A DNA stretch of 64,000 nt from IMG/VR virus record IMGVR_UViG_3300032288_005833, positions 1,231 through 65,230 of that record; one strand, given 5' to 3'. Source of the stretch: a virus. Taxonomy: Duplodnaviria; Caudoviricetes. Both the position numbers and the translations under genes were made by a program. The first letter of the stretch is position 1; each line of letters begins with the position of its first letter. The notes under the pieces are model-generated. The model made no database searches and was not told the DNA's origin. It worked only from the letters and a program-made list of their open reading frames with translations. This document shows positions 9,945-20,253 of this stretch, one piece after another.

Positions 9945-12900
9945 ATGGATTTTAATTTCAATAAACTTCAAGATATAAGCGATAGAATCTCCAGCGGGGA
10001 ACTTAAACCGGAGGATGTTCTAAATGAATTTGGTGGATTTACCGAGGATCTTCCTAGTGATGAAGAAATAATTAACAACGCGGAGGAACTAGAAAAGTCT
10101 ATAGATCCGGTTCCTATGATATTAACTGATGACGAGATTAACGATCTTATCTGTTCATACGAGGGAGAAGAACTTGCTAATAGAATTTTCTGGGAGATAT
10201 TAAGAAAACAAAATTATCTAGATAAAATAACAGAAAGACCTGATTTTTCAAGAAATAGATTTTTTGATAAATTCATGAATGATAACAATCTTTCTGAACA
10301 ACTTCTAAGCTCTAAAGAAATGGTGTCTGATAGTTTAGATCTTGATCTATTAGGAATAAAATTTACAGGATCTAATAAGAAAATTAGAAAATTTAAAATA
10401 GGTCCTTTTGGATTTGAAATACACGTCATAACACACAAAGGAGTTCCTCTGTTTTTTCACGTTGCTCCTAAAAAGATGTCTCTTCAATTTATAAGGGATC
10501 AACTAAAAAAGAAAAGCAAAAAGGGTAAAGCAAAAAAGTGCTCAGATGATATCTATAACAAATATGGATCTGGAGCAGGACCTGCAGCATCTACAAATGA
10601 TGATTTTGGTGACGGCAGTGGTTCGGAAGCTGGGTCGGATTCTGGATTTGGATCTAATAATATAGACCCAGAAAATCTTGCTTCCCTCCTAGATAACATA
10701 TTAGACAGAGAATCATCAGAGAAGGATGCTAATAACGCCTTTGATGTATCAGATATAGTTGATCAAGTTTTTTGTGAACCAGATTTTCCAATCAATCCAG
10801 AAACAGGAGAACCCCTATTCACTAAGGAAAATCTTAAATCATTCATAGAAGAAATATGTTTACCGGAAGATGAATCTGCTATACCAGAGGTTTTACCAGA
10901 AGGTGACATAGAAGATGTCAGCGAAAAAATAAATCAATGCCTAAGCCAAGCTAAGGATATTTTTAAAGACATAAGGGAAAATAATGAGCTTAGATCTAGA
11001 TACGAAAAGGCTGAAAAAGATCTAGAAGAAATTCTTTACCATTATAAGATAGTTAAAAATTATTATAACGGTCTTTCTAAATCTTTCGAAGCAAAGGCAA
11101 AAGCGGGAAAAAAAGGAAATCCTTTAACCCTAATACTTCCTCTTGTTTTAGCAAGATCCGAAGCTAATAAATTTTTAGATGCTGTTAAAGATTTCTCTGG
11201 CAGATTTAAAGATACAAAAAAATTAACATCTTCAGGAAAGAAAGGATATGTAGGTATTAAATTTGATATAGCATTCCCAAATGGGCTAGGAAACGAAATA
11301 CCATACGAAACGGTTAAACCAGAAGCTACCTCGGATCTTTTGTCTACTGATTACGAAAGAGTTGATATTACCAAATTACAACTGGGAATGGAATTTGCTA
11401 AAAAAGGTATTTTAGGATCTGGAAATTCTTCATTTCTTAAATCGTACGAAGATTTCATATCTTTCCAGGATAAAAACCCAGATTTATCCCCGCAATTTTA
11501 TAACTTTATACAGGATATAGAAGGATCGAATAAACCAAAAGATGCAATTATAAAAGACATCGAAAAATCCCATGGATTTTTATATTCAACACTTATAGAA
11601 ATATCTGCTAGCCCTTGGTTATTTTTTACTGCAGACGAAAGAGGGGATAATGACGCAAGAAAATCCGCTGATATTAAACCACAAAGTACAAATCAAGACG
11701 GAGAGCCAAATCAATCTTTTAGTGATTTCTGGGGTAGCTTTAAAAAATCTTATGATTTAAAATATAATGCAAGAAAAAAGCTAGTAGAAGATAAAATAAA
11801 TTCAATAAAATCCCTATCGGATAAATTTGTTGATATTCTAGCTGATTATTATTTTACTGTCAACATGAGCTCCACGTCGGACAACAGTAAAATGCTAAAA
11901 GATGTATCTGATAAAATGGATAAGAATGTTGAATACATCGAAACCCTTTTATTAGAAGTAGCACAAAAAATACAGGAGCTTGATAATCAAAATTCTCCTG
12001 AGGTTTTACAATCAAGGGCTGAGTCTATAGATTGCTTTGGGTCAGGGGACAACGGAGAAGGAGCAGGATCTGGCGGATCAACATCTACTGGGATTTCTTT
12101 AGGACTTGATGCTAACGGAAATTCTAAACCAACAAATGGTGACACTTTAAAAGTTGCATGCCCTCCGGATTGTTGTGGAGCATCAGGTCAAGCATTTTCC
12201 GGAGGAAATATATTAGAAGGATTAAACTCACCTGATTGTCCTAATCTTTTCACTACATGTTATTGGAAAGAGTTTGCTAAAAAAGCTACGACGGTTGGGA
12301 TTCTTCCTATACCAAACGGATTACCACCGATAGAAAATCCTGCAGGTTTCTTACCTAATATCGGATTGAAATATTGGCCAGTAGGTTATTTACCTCCTTC
12401 ATTCATACCTTTACCCCCGCCTTTAGTTAATCCATTAGATGGTCTTCCTTTTATAAGAATACCAATGCCAATGATATGGACTATTATACCTCCTATAGTT
12501 ATACCTTTACCCATAGGTGTTATTGTTATATTCATACCATTTATTGGAGGATTTATGCCTAGTCCTTTAGTTTTCTTTCATGATTTCTTAACCGGCAATT
12601 CGATATTTCTTTTAGGTATTAGAGGATTTAGATTCATCCCACGAAAATCAGATCCAGTTATACCTGATCCTTTGGTTAGAATAAAGCAGTTCTTATCGCT
12701 AGGAATACCAAATTATCTATTTCCTTTCCCAAATCTTGGTAAAGATAATGTGGATGATCCTAAAAGGATAAAGAAAGACATTTTAGCAAGTCTTAAAAAG
12801 AGATTAGCTAATGCTAAGGTAAATGTAGATTTTTCAAAGATTCAGAAAGTTCAGGACGATTTAGCTAAAAAGAAACAAGAATTAGAAAATCAAATTCTGG

Positions 12901-14483
12901 ATGCTAAAAGAAAATCTCCTCTAGACGGATCGGATCCTAGCCAAAAAATAAAAGAACTATCTGAATTATCAGCTTCATTTGATGCACAAAAGATCGAAGC
13001 AATTAAATCGATAATGAAAGATTATTTAAAAAGTGCAATTACCGTTCCTGATGTACAATTTCCTAAGCAATCAAAAAATTTGATTGCTGATATACCTTCT
13101 CCTATAAAAATCATAAGAGACATTAATGCTAAAATAAAAATAGGAGCAATACCCCAGGTTCCTTCTAAGGGGGGAAAGATTAATTTAAAATCTAGAATCT
13201 TGGATTCTGTTAAGAATATAGAATTTAAATCGGCTTCTAAGTATGCAGATCTTAATAAGGATCTTCCAAAGGGATCTAGAATAGTAGCAGTTTTTAATTC
13301 TCCGATAAACGAACTTGGTAAAAATCCAGAAGATTTAGAATCACTAAAAGGAATAATATCTGACGGGATAGGACAAATATTTAGTGGAGACAAATCTCCG
13401 TTAAGTAATAAATCTCTTTTGACCTTTAAACCCAAATTAAAAAAGATACCAAGAATTCCAGGAGCTGGTCTTCCTGCACCGGGTGCAATAATATCAACGC
13501 CCAATCCTATTGTCAGCTCTGTTAAGGGGTTTGTCTCTAAGAATTTGAATGTTAATGTTCAGGATCTAGTTAAGCTTGCTGACAGAACATCTATAGGTGG
13601 TAATAAGGTATTAAGAGAAAAGGATATTCAATTAATGATTAGAAATTCTTTAGATAAAACCCTAAGTAAATTTCCGGTAGATTTAAAGAATGTTAATTTT
13701 CCTAATATTGCTAGTGCTGGAGACGTTGCGCAGGAATATTCTAAATTTTCTTCATCCTTGGAACTACCCCCATTTCCTCCAAAGAAAAGTGGTAATCCCG
13801 CAGTTCCTATAGGGATTGGAGGAATACCTCCTATAATAATACCAGGAGCTGTCATTGCAAATTTTATAGTTAAAGGAGCATCCTCTGCTATCGATTCAAT
13901 GGATGTTTCTAAAATAATACCTGGCGGTCTACCTGCATTTGATAATCTTACTGCAGATGATATTAAGGTAATGGGAAATAATACAGCAGTTTCTTTTTTA
14001 AATAAAATTAGTATACCTGCACTAGATAATTTACCTCGTATACCTTTAGAAGCAAGACCACAGGATTACGTTGAACTTGTTATGGGTTTTCTTCCTGTTC
14101 ATCCATTTGCTGATATTGCATTTACTCTATTATGGACTAAATATAAAAGTCCGCCCAGAATTCCAATACCTTCAGATATAATAGAACAGCTTATAAATCT
14201 ACAAAAAGCTATAGTTTATAAACTGCCTTGGCCAATAGTAGTTTTATTAGGAAGAAATATTATTAACATTTTAAATCCTCTTTATACTAGAGAAGATATA
14301 CCAAGATGGGATAGGATGTCTTTGAAAAATCCATTTTTTGTTGTTTTTCTTGATGAATTCATCAGATCTGCAGCAGACATCTCAGGAGGATTCAAATTCT
14401 TTATAGGAGCGGGAAAATTATTTTATCCCCTCCCAACTCTCGAAATTAATTTGGGGTTTGGTACTAAAATTAACATAAACTAA
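9945..14483 (+). CDS. large hypothetical virion protein (coiled coils plus Pro-rich hydrophobic segments)
   Basis: 1512 aa uninterrupted ORF directly after the gp5-like gene. Confidence 0.6.
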   Translation: MDFNFNKLQDISDRISSGELKPEDVLNEFGGFTEDLPSDEEIINNAEELEKSIDPVPMILTDDEINDLICSYEGEELANRIFWEILRKQNYLDKITERPDFSRNRFFDKFMNDNNLSEQLLSSKEMVSDSLDLDLLGIKFTGSNKKIRKFKIGPFGFEIHVITHKGVPLFFHVAPKKMSLQFIRDQLKKKSKKGKAKKCSDDIYNKYGSGAGPAASTNDDFGDGSGSEAGSDSGFGSNNIDPENLASLLDNILDRESSEKDANNAFDVSDIVDQVFCEPDFPINPETGEPLFTKENLKSFIEEICLPEDESAIPEVLPEGDIEDVSEKINQCLSQAKDIFKDIRENNELRSRYEKAEKDLEEILYHYKIVKNYYNGLSKSFEAKAKAGKKGNPLTLILPLVLARSEANKFLDAVKDFSGRFKDTKKLTSSGKKGYVGIKFDIAFPNGLGNEIPYETVKPEATSDLLSTDYERVDITKLQLGMEFAKKGILGSGNSSFLKSYEDFISFQDKNPDLSPQFYNFIQDIEGSNKPKDAIIKDIEKSHGFLYSTLIEISASPWLFFTADERGDNDARKSADIKPQSTNQDGEPNQSFSDFWGSFKKSYDLKYNARKKLVEDKINSIKSLSDKFVDILADYYFTVNMSSTSDNSKMLKDVSDKMDKNVEYIETLLLEVAQKIQELDNQNSPEVLQSRAESIDCFGSGDNGEGAGSGGSTSTGISLGLDANGNSKPTNGDTLKVACPPDCCGASGQAFSGGNILEGLNSPDCPNLFTTCYWKEFAKKATTVGILPIPNGLPPIENPAGFLPNIGLKYWPVGYLPPSFIPLPPPLVNPLDGLPFIRIPMPMIWTIIPPIVIPLPIGVIVIFIPFIGGFMPSPLVFFHDFLTGNSIFLLGIRGFRFIPRKSDPVIPDPLVRIKQFLSLGIPNYLFPFPNLGKDNVDDPKRIKKDILASLKKRLANAKVNVDFSKIQKVQDDLAKKKQELENQILDAKRKSPLDGSDPSQKIKELSELSASFDAQKIEAIKSIMKDYLKSAITVPDVQFPKQSKNLIADIPSPIKIIRDINAKIKIGAIPQVPSKGGKINLKSRILDSVKNIEFKSASKYADLNKDLPKGSRIVAVFNSPINELGKNPEDLESLKGIISDGIGQIFSGDKSPLSNKSLLTFKPKLKKIPRIPGAGLPAPGAIISTPNPIVSSVKGFVSKNLNVNVQDLVKLADRTSIGGNKVLREKDIQLMIRNSLDKTLSKFPVDLKNVNFPNIASAGDVAQEYSKFSSSLELPPFPPKKSGNPAVPIGIGGIPPIIIPGAVIANFIVKGASSAIDSMDVSKIIPGGLPAFDNLTADDIKVMGNNTAVSFLNKISIPALDNLPRIPLEARPQDYVELVMGFLPVHPFADIAFTLLWTKYKSPPRIPIPSDIIEQLINLQKAIVYKLPWPIVVLLGRNIINILNPLYTREDIPRWDRMSLKNPFFVVFLDEFIRSAADISGGFKFFIGAGKLFYPLPTLEINLGFGTKININ

Positions 14484-14506
14484 AAATCATTTAAAAACAA
14501 AAAAAA

Positions 14507-15631
14507 ATGGCTAAGAAAAGACAATACACAAGGGACGAGTATTCTCCGGAAGAAAGGGCTGTTATGGACGAACTTTACGAAGGTCACTTTAGAGTAACCT
14601 TCGCAGATAACCCTGCGCAATCATATTCTAAAGAGCTAGAAGAAAACCAAGTTCTAAGTGTAAGGATCACACAAATCAGAGGAACAAATGCAATAGGAGA
14701 AACCTCAGTAGGACAATCCGTTGCAATAGATTTAATGAAGGAAGAAAAAGCAATCAAAAGATTAGGATTCCCTGCACTTGATGTACAGGAAGGATCACAA
14801 TTGGATGTTGTTATATTCAAAGATAAATCAGGAATGTATAACGGATCCCTAGCAGCGGGATACGAAAATTCATTAAAGACTGATCTATTGAATTCAATTA
14901 AAGACGAGAAATCAGCATATACAGTAAGGATTGATTCAACATGCCCAGGTGGCTTTATGGTGAATCTTTCTGGTATTAAGTGCTTCTTGCCTGGATCTTT
15001 AGCAGCTGCTAATAGAATCATAGATTTCCAATCATTTGTTGGAAAAACAATTAATATTATGATTGAGACATATGATGAAAGAAGAGACATTTTTGTTGTT
15101 TCTTTCAAAAAATATCTGAAGCATGTTATTAATGCTAAAGTTGAAGAACTTTCGCTCACACAAAAATATACAGGAACTGTTACAGGAGCATCAAATGCTG
15201 GTGTATTTGTAGAGTGGGATCAGTATTACACAGGTTTAATCCCTGCTGAAGAATTTGATAATGCAGGTATTAAAATGGATTTAAGCTCAGGAGGAAGCGT
15301 ATCGTTTTATGTTTCTGATTTTAGAAATCCAAACAGAATTGTACTAAGATTAAATCCACCGGAAGGAAAAGATAAGGATTTACAAGAGCTTAGAGACATT
15401 TCTTTATCAGAAGATAAAGAAAATAAAATATATAGAGGGACAGTGACAAAGGTGAAGAATTTCGGGGTTTTTGTAAAACTTGAAAATAACATCGTTGGCC
15501 TTGTTGAAAAGGACTATTTGGCTGGAAATCCAAAAGATTATGAAGTAGGATCTGAAATATCCTGCACCATTATGGACGTAGAGCTACAGAGTTCAAAACT
15601 CTATCTAAAGCAAAAAATTGAAAATACTTGA
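14507..15631 (+). CDS. rpsA: ribosomal protein bS1-like, multi-S1-domain RNA-binding protein
   Basis: S1 repeats: GGFMVNLSGIKCFLPGSL, YTGTVTGASNAGVFVEW...GLIP, YRGTVTKVKNFGVFVKL...GLV. Confidence 0.8.
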   Translation: MAKKRQYTRDEYSPEERAVMDELYEGHFRVTFADNPAQSYSKELEENQVLSVRITQIRGTNAIGETSVGQSVAIDLMKEEKAIKRLGFPALDVQEGSQLDVVIFKDKSGMYNGSLAAGYENSLKTDLLNSIKDEKSAYTVRIDSTCPGGFMVNLSGIKCFLPGSLAAANRIIDFQSFVGKTINIMIETYDERRDIFVVSFKKYLKHVINAKVEELSLTQKYTGTVTGASNAGVFVEWDQYYTGLIPAEEFDNAGIKMDLSSGGSVSFYVSDFRNPNRIVLRLNPPEGKDKDLQELRDISLSEDKENKIYRGTVTKVKNFGVFVKLENNIVGLVEKDYLAGNPKDYEVGSEISCTIMDVELQSSKLYLKQKIENT

Positions 15632-17078
15632 TCAAAATTTTTATTACGCAGCTAAAATCGGATTTGAATTCGAATTCATGTCTTCTTTTTCAAGAAAAGA
15701 AATAGCTGAAAAAATTGGGGAAGATTTAGGGAAACAGGTAAAGGTATTTAGAAAGTACCACTCTAAATTTTCCCCAACTCGTGATATTTTTAAACTAGAG
15801 CCAGATTTCTCAGGGGGTCTTAAGATGGTTGAATTAATAACCGGCCCTATGGATTATTTCGAGGCTATACCGGTTTTGATTAGAATCCTAAAATGGATAG
15901 ACGAAAATGGGTATACCAGCGAAAAATGCGCATTACAATTTGGTCTAAGCTTCGATAGAGTAAAATATCCAACACTTATAGATTTTAGCCAATTAAATCC
16001 TTTAAAGTTTGTTCTTGGGTTTGATGAGGAATTTATATGGAAAAAATTTCCGGAAAGAAGAGGATCTTTATATGCCAAATCTATTAAAAGAATATCACCG
16101 TCTAATAGATTTATAAGAGGACATAAGGATATTTTAGGAGACAGAAATTCTTACACTGTTTATACTGAAAAAAATATGGGGGTCAATCTAACCAAATTGC
16201 AAGATGGTTATATGGAGGTTAGATACCTAGGAGGTACCGATTATCAAAAAAAGTACACAGACATTAAAGAAATTATGGATTATATAATAACCCATACATT
16301 TAATTGTCTTTTACATAACGACACATTAACACAGAAAGAGACTTCAACACTTAGCGAATTAATATCTAAGGTTTATAAAGAAACTGAAAGTTTTATAGAT
16401 CCTGAATCTTTCATGAAAAACTATCCAAATCTTCATGTTACAGTTGATTTAAGAGAGGATCTACAGATAATCAAAACATACTTTAATGAAGTAAAAAATT
16501 TCCTTTACAGTCTAATTGTTGATAATGGTATTACCGAAGGATTTTTAAATTATGACACACAAATTGCTAGATATCAATTAAAAGACGGAAGAACAAAAAC
16601 AGCTAATTTGTTAAAAGATTTAGATCTAATAGAATGCGATATAGAAGGAAACATAGCAAGATGCAGAATATTTGGGTGTAAATTAGACAACTGTCAGATA
16701 GAAGACTCACAATTTGTTATGAATAATGATATAAAAGATTCTAAAATTCTTGATTGTGACTTAAGTTTTAGTAACAATGTCATTAATTCTTATATAGATT
16801 CTAAAGAAAGAGAAATCAGTTGCGATGTTGAAGGCGGGGTTATTAGATCTGGGTACATAACAAAACTAGCAGTAATCTCAGATTCAACAGAGATCATTAG
16901 TAATAGCGCAGATGCTAAAGGCAAAGACAAAGGAAAGGGTAAAGGCGGAAAAATGATAAAGGCTACTATTTTCCCTGACCGAAATCACGAGGATATTACA
17001 AGGCTTGATCCATTTGAAGATCTTAATAAAAGAAGACCTGCTTTTTCAGTGAATAAGCTATATAAAAATAATAACTAA
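15618..17078 (+). CDS. putative amidoligase (Amidoligase_2 / COOH-NH2 ligase-like) with C-terminal beta-helix-like repeats
   Basis: KIGFEFEF, LEPDFSG, VELITGP, EVRYLGG motifs; TTG start overlaps the S1 gene. Confidence 0.65.
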   Translation: MKILDQNFYYAAKIGFEFEFMSSFSRKEIAEKIGEDLGKQVKVFRKYHSKFSPTRDIFKLEPDFSGGLKMVELITGPMDYFEAIPVLIRILKWIDENGYTSEKCALQFGLSFDRVKYPTLIDFSQLNPLKFVLGFDEEFIWKKFPERRGSLYAKSIKRISPSNRFIRGHKDILGDRNSYTVYTEKNMGVNLTKLQDGYMEVRYLGGTDYQKKYTDIKEIMDYIITHTFNCLLHNDTLTQKETSTLSELISKVYKETESFIDPESFMKNYPNLHVTVDLREDLQIIKTYFNEVKNFLYSLIVDNGITEGFLNYDTQIARYQLKDGRTKTANLLKDLDLIECDIEGNIARCRIFGCKLDNCQIEDSQFVMNNDIKDSKILDCDLSFSNNVINSYIDSKEREISCDVEGGVIRSGYITKLAVISDSTEIISNSADAKGKDKGKGKGGKMIKATIFPDRNHEDITRLDPFEDLNKRRPAFSVNKLYKNNN

Positions 17079-17080
17079 GA

Positions 17081-17851
17081 ATGACTACATCAGAAGAGGC
17101 ACTAATACAAGAGGTAAAGGACGACATATCTCATTCTTGCGCATTACCGTATGCATTAAATGACCAGGAAATAAAAAGAATCATAAAAAGAGCTAAGGCT
17201 TATTTTTATGATAACTATCAATATGCAGTAGAGGATAAGATATTAGTATTACCTTCTCAGATATTTGCAAATGCACAATTTAGAGCAACAAGACAAGTAC
17301 AATTACCAGACTGCGTTATAAGCGTTTGGGATGTAAGAGAAGTAGGGGGTTCAGGAATGATAGGTACTCCCGATAGGGATTTTGGTGACGCTAAACTTTT
17401 AGGGTCAGAGCTTATGCTAAGCCCATTTATTGGGGACAACCTAGTCTACAGAACTGTATTATATTCATTCTTTGATCTTGCTAAAGCTTTTCTTTTAGAG
17501 ACATTTGCATTTGGCTACAATAAAAATACCAAAAGATTAACCATAAACGGACGTGATCCTAGCAGAACAACTTCGACGGGTCTTACTGTTGGTGGTAAAG
17601 ATGTGGGGGTAAGAGCATTTATAGCCATACCCGATGAAAACCTTTACTCGGATGAGCTTTTTGTTAGATATGTTCTAGCAGAGGCAAAAATTAACATAGG
17701 CAGACTTTTAGGCACATTTGGTTACCAATTACCAGGGGGAGTGACCATAAATGCAGCTGCTATTCAAGGAATTGGACAAGCAGAAAAAACCGAAGTTATG
17801 GAAATGATTAAAGGAGAAAATACCCCAAGTTACTTCCTACAGTGGAATTAA
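17081..17851 (+). CDS. neck protein, T4 gp13-like
   Basis: C-terminal FVRYVLAEAKINIGRLLGTFGYQLPGGVTINAAAI. Confidence 0.75.
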   Translation: MTTSEEALIQEVKDDISHSCALPYALNDQEIKRIIKRAKAYFYDNYQYAVEDKILVLPSQIFANAQFRATRQVQLPDCVISVWDVREVGGSGMIGTPDRDFGDAKLLGSELMLSPFIGDNLVYRTVLYSFFDLAKAFLLETFAFGYNKNTKRLTINGRDPSRTTSTGLTVGGKDVGVRAFIAIPDENLYSDELFVRYVLAEAKINIGRLLGTFGYQLPGGVTINAAAIQGIGQAEKTEVMEMIKGENTPSYFLQWN

Positions 17852-17882
17852 TATCCCTAATTATCTTCTGTCTATATTTTCT

Positions 17883-17892
17883 AAATATATAA
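17883..17892 (+). promoter_or_regulatory. late-promoter-like motif AAATATATAA
   Basis: intergenic; 7 nt before the ATG at 17900. Confidence 0.55.
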
Positions 17893-17899
17893 GGGAGAT

Positions 17900-18271
17900 A
17901 TGATCAAAATCTCGGACATATACCCAAGAAATCCTGACGACCCTCATTATGAGGCGGACAAGCTGGAAACTGATGATGTTGTTGAATCAACCGTAGGTAT
18001 GATAAAACAAATCATGCTTACCAAGCCTGGGACTGTTTTGGGTGATCCTTATTTTGGCATCGATCTGGAATCAATGATATTTGATTTTGAGGTTTCTCAA
18101 AGCGAATTAGAAGAGGCTATTTCTTTACAGTTATACACCTATTGTACTTTTGCTAGAGGGATTTTAAATATTGACTTTCAGTTGGGATTTTTTGAAGGCG
18201 AAACGAGAGATACGTGTGTGATAGAGTTTGCAATCAAGGGTAACCCAGTTCTAGGAATAAAGGTAATTTAA
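17900..18271 (+). CDS. baseplate wedge subunit, gp25-like
   Basis: IKQIMLTKPGTVLGDPYFGIDLESMIF gp25/GPW signature. Confidence 0.85.
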   Translation: MIKISDIYPRNPDDPHYEADKLETDDVVESTVGMIKQIMLTKPGTVLGDPYFGIDLESMIFDFEVSQSELEEAISLQLYTYCTFARGILNIDFQLGFFEGETRDTCVIEFAIKGNPVLGIKVI

Positions 18272-18274
18272 AAG

Positions 18275-19999
18275 ATGGATTTATTTAAAAAAAATCGTGC
18301 CAAGATACAAGACCTACTACAGGATACTCTTGAGCTAATACAAAAAAGGTACAACCAAGCAAATCAGTTATTTACTGTTGCTTCTGCATGGGGACAAATT
18401 CTGTTTGTTTTACAGAATCTATCACAGCTTATATTATTCTTCATAGAAGATTCTATAACTGAACTTGATATTAAAAAGGCAAGTAGAGAAAGCTCTGTAT
18501 ATGGCTTAGCAGCTTTAACTGGACACAATGCTACAAGAAGCGGTTGTGCAAGAGGTCAAATAGATATTACATGGAATGGACAGGATTCTACGAGTGTTGG
18601 TGGTAGTGCAATTTTAATCCCAAAATACTCCACTATAAAATTTCAAAATGGTGGTGTTAGTTATATTTTAAATCTACCTCAGGATTATGCTAGACTGAAC
18701 TTAACACCTTCCAGCAAAATCTCTTGCGAGATAATGGAAGGAAGTATAAAGGCTTCAACGTTTACAGGAAGCGGAACAATTTTACAAAGCTATAATGTAT
18801 CGGATAGAGTAACATCAACTGTTGATAATTTCGAGGTTAAGGTATTTGTTGATAGTGAAGAATGGAAAATTTATGACTCTTTATACGATATCCCATTCAA
18901 CTATAATGGATGTCTAGTTAAAACCGGAATTAATAATGGAATAGATGTTATTTTTGGTAATGTTAATTTTGGAAAAATACCTCCTCTTGGATCGACCATA
19001 CAAGTTCAATATGTTGAAACCATAGGAATTGCGGGAAACATAAATTCATTAGAGCCAGGAAAAATAGTATTTGAATTTGATGATGATGGTACAGATGCAT
19101 TTGGTAATCCGGTTTCGCTAAAGGATTATTTAAAAATAACATGTGTTACTGCCCCTCAACTTGGTACTGATAAAGAATCTATACAGCTTACTAGAATTTT
19201 AGCTCCAAAAACATCAAGATCTTTTGTCTTAGCAAATGCAGAAACATATATTACATATTTTGAAAAATTTGGTACCTTCTCTATAATAGAAGCATTTTCC
19301 ACATTCGATGATCAATATCTAGACGATGATAATATTATTTATGTTTTATTGGTACCTGACATTACTCAGAAATTAAAAACGAACGAGACATATTTTGATA
19401 TAAAAGAAACAGAATTTATATTAACTGACTATCAAAAGAAAAGATTATTACAAGTGATAGATGATAGCGGGCAAAAAATAGTAACCACTGAGGTTAAAAT
19501 ATTAGATCCTAAAATTTCAAGATACGTGATCAATGTTTTAATTAGTATTTTCGAAGGTTATGATCCCGATACTGTTAAGGGTCAAATTGTTGATTCTATA
19601 AGTTCATATTTTATAGGAATAAGAAGAAGAGATAAAATTCCAAGATCAGATCTAATTGCTATATTAGAATCAATAGCAGGTGTTGATTCGGTTACTCTGT
19701 TCTTTGTCAGTGAAAAGAATGAAAAATATGCTATAAGTGTTGATGGACTTCCTGACAACGACCCTAAGAAAAAAATGGTTTTAGGATTAGATGAGTTTGG
19801 AGATATAGTATTTGACAAAGATGAGATTGCAATTATAACAGGAGGATGGGGTGATAGAGCAGGACTTTATTATGATAAAGGGGCAGATTATAACAAAATC
19901 TCTTCTATTAATATTGATATCAGATCTACTGTTCCTGTAACATATAACACCGAGATCAATAACAAGAATAAAACATTCTTAAAAAATAACAATCAGTAA
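18275..19999 (+). CDS. baseplate wedge subunit, gp6-like
   Basis: ASRESSVYGLAALTGH, VIFGNVNFGKIPPLGSTIQVQY, GTDKESI...LAPK; follows gp25. Confidence 0.8.
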   Translation: MDLFKKNRAKIQDLLQDTLELIQKRYNQANQLFTVASAWGQILFVLQNLSQLILFFIEDSITELDIKKASRESSVYGLAALTGHNATRSGCARGQIDITWNGQDSTSVGGSAILIPKYSTIKFQNGGVSYILNLPQDYARLNLTPSSKISCEIMEGSIKASTFTGSGTILQSYNVSDRVTSTVDNFEVKVFVDSEEWKIYDSLYDIPFNYNGCLVKTGINNGIDVIFGNVNFGKIPPLGSTIQVQYVETIGIAGNINSLEPGKIVFEFDDDGTDAFGNPVSLKDYLKITCVTAPQLGTDKESIQLTRILAPKTSRSFVLANAETYITYFEKFGTFSIIEAFSTFDDQYLDDDNIIYVLLVPDITQKLKTNETYFDIKETEFILTDYQKKRLLQVIDDSGQKIVTTEVKILDPKISRYVINVLISIFEGYDPDTVKGQIVDSISSYFIGIRRRDKIPRSDLIAILESIAGVDSVTLFFVSEKNEKYAISVDGLPDNDPKKKMVLGLDEFGDIVFDKDEIAIITGGWGDRAGLYYDKGADYNKISSINIDIRSTVPVTYNTEINNKNKTFLKNNNQ

Positions 20000-20253
20000 T
20001 GTTTAACACAGAAAGAAAGAGCTATTACGAATATATTGAATCAACGGAAGATCAGAGAACAAACGTTGGTTTTGAATATGAAGGAAGAATATTTGAAAAA
20101 ACCCTTTCTTCTATAACTCTTGGAGGAGACAATAACAGAAAAAGTATACTAAATTCCATTGAGAAAGTTGTTTTTAGATTAATTGAGACAACAAAGAATA
20201 TTAGAAATTTTGTTAACTATAGAGTTCCTAAAAATAATAAGTATGTTCGATAA
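19999..20253 (+). CDS. hypothetical protein
   Basis: 84 aa, translationally coupled (TAATG) on both sides. Confidence 0.7.
   Translation: MFNTERKSYYEYIESTEDQRTNVGFEYEGRIFEKTLSSITLGGDNNRKSILNSIEKVVFRLIETTKNIRNFVNYRVPKNNKYVR

Noticed and set aside
14584-15159. 191-aa minus-strand ORF and similar antisense ORFs (e.g. 13022..13504, 1827..2183, 57366..57725)
   Set aside because: Fully nested opposite well-supported genes, with no recognisable motifs
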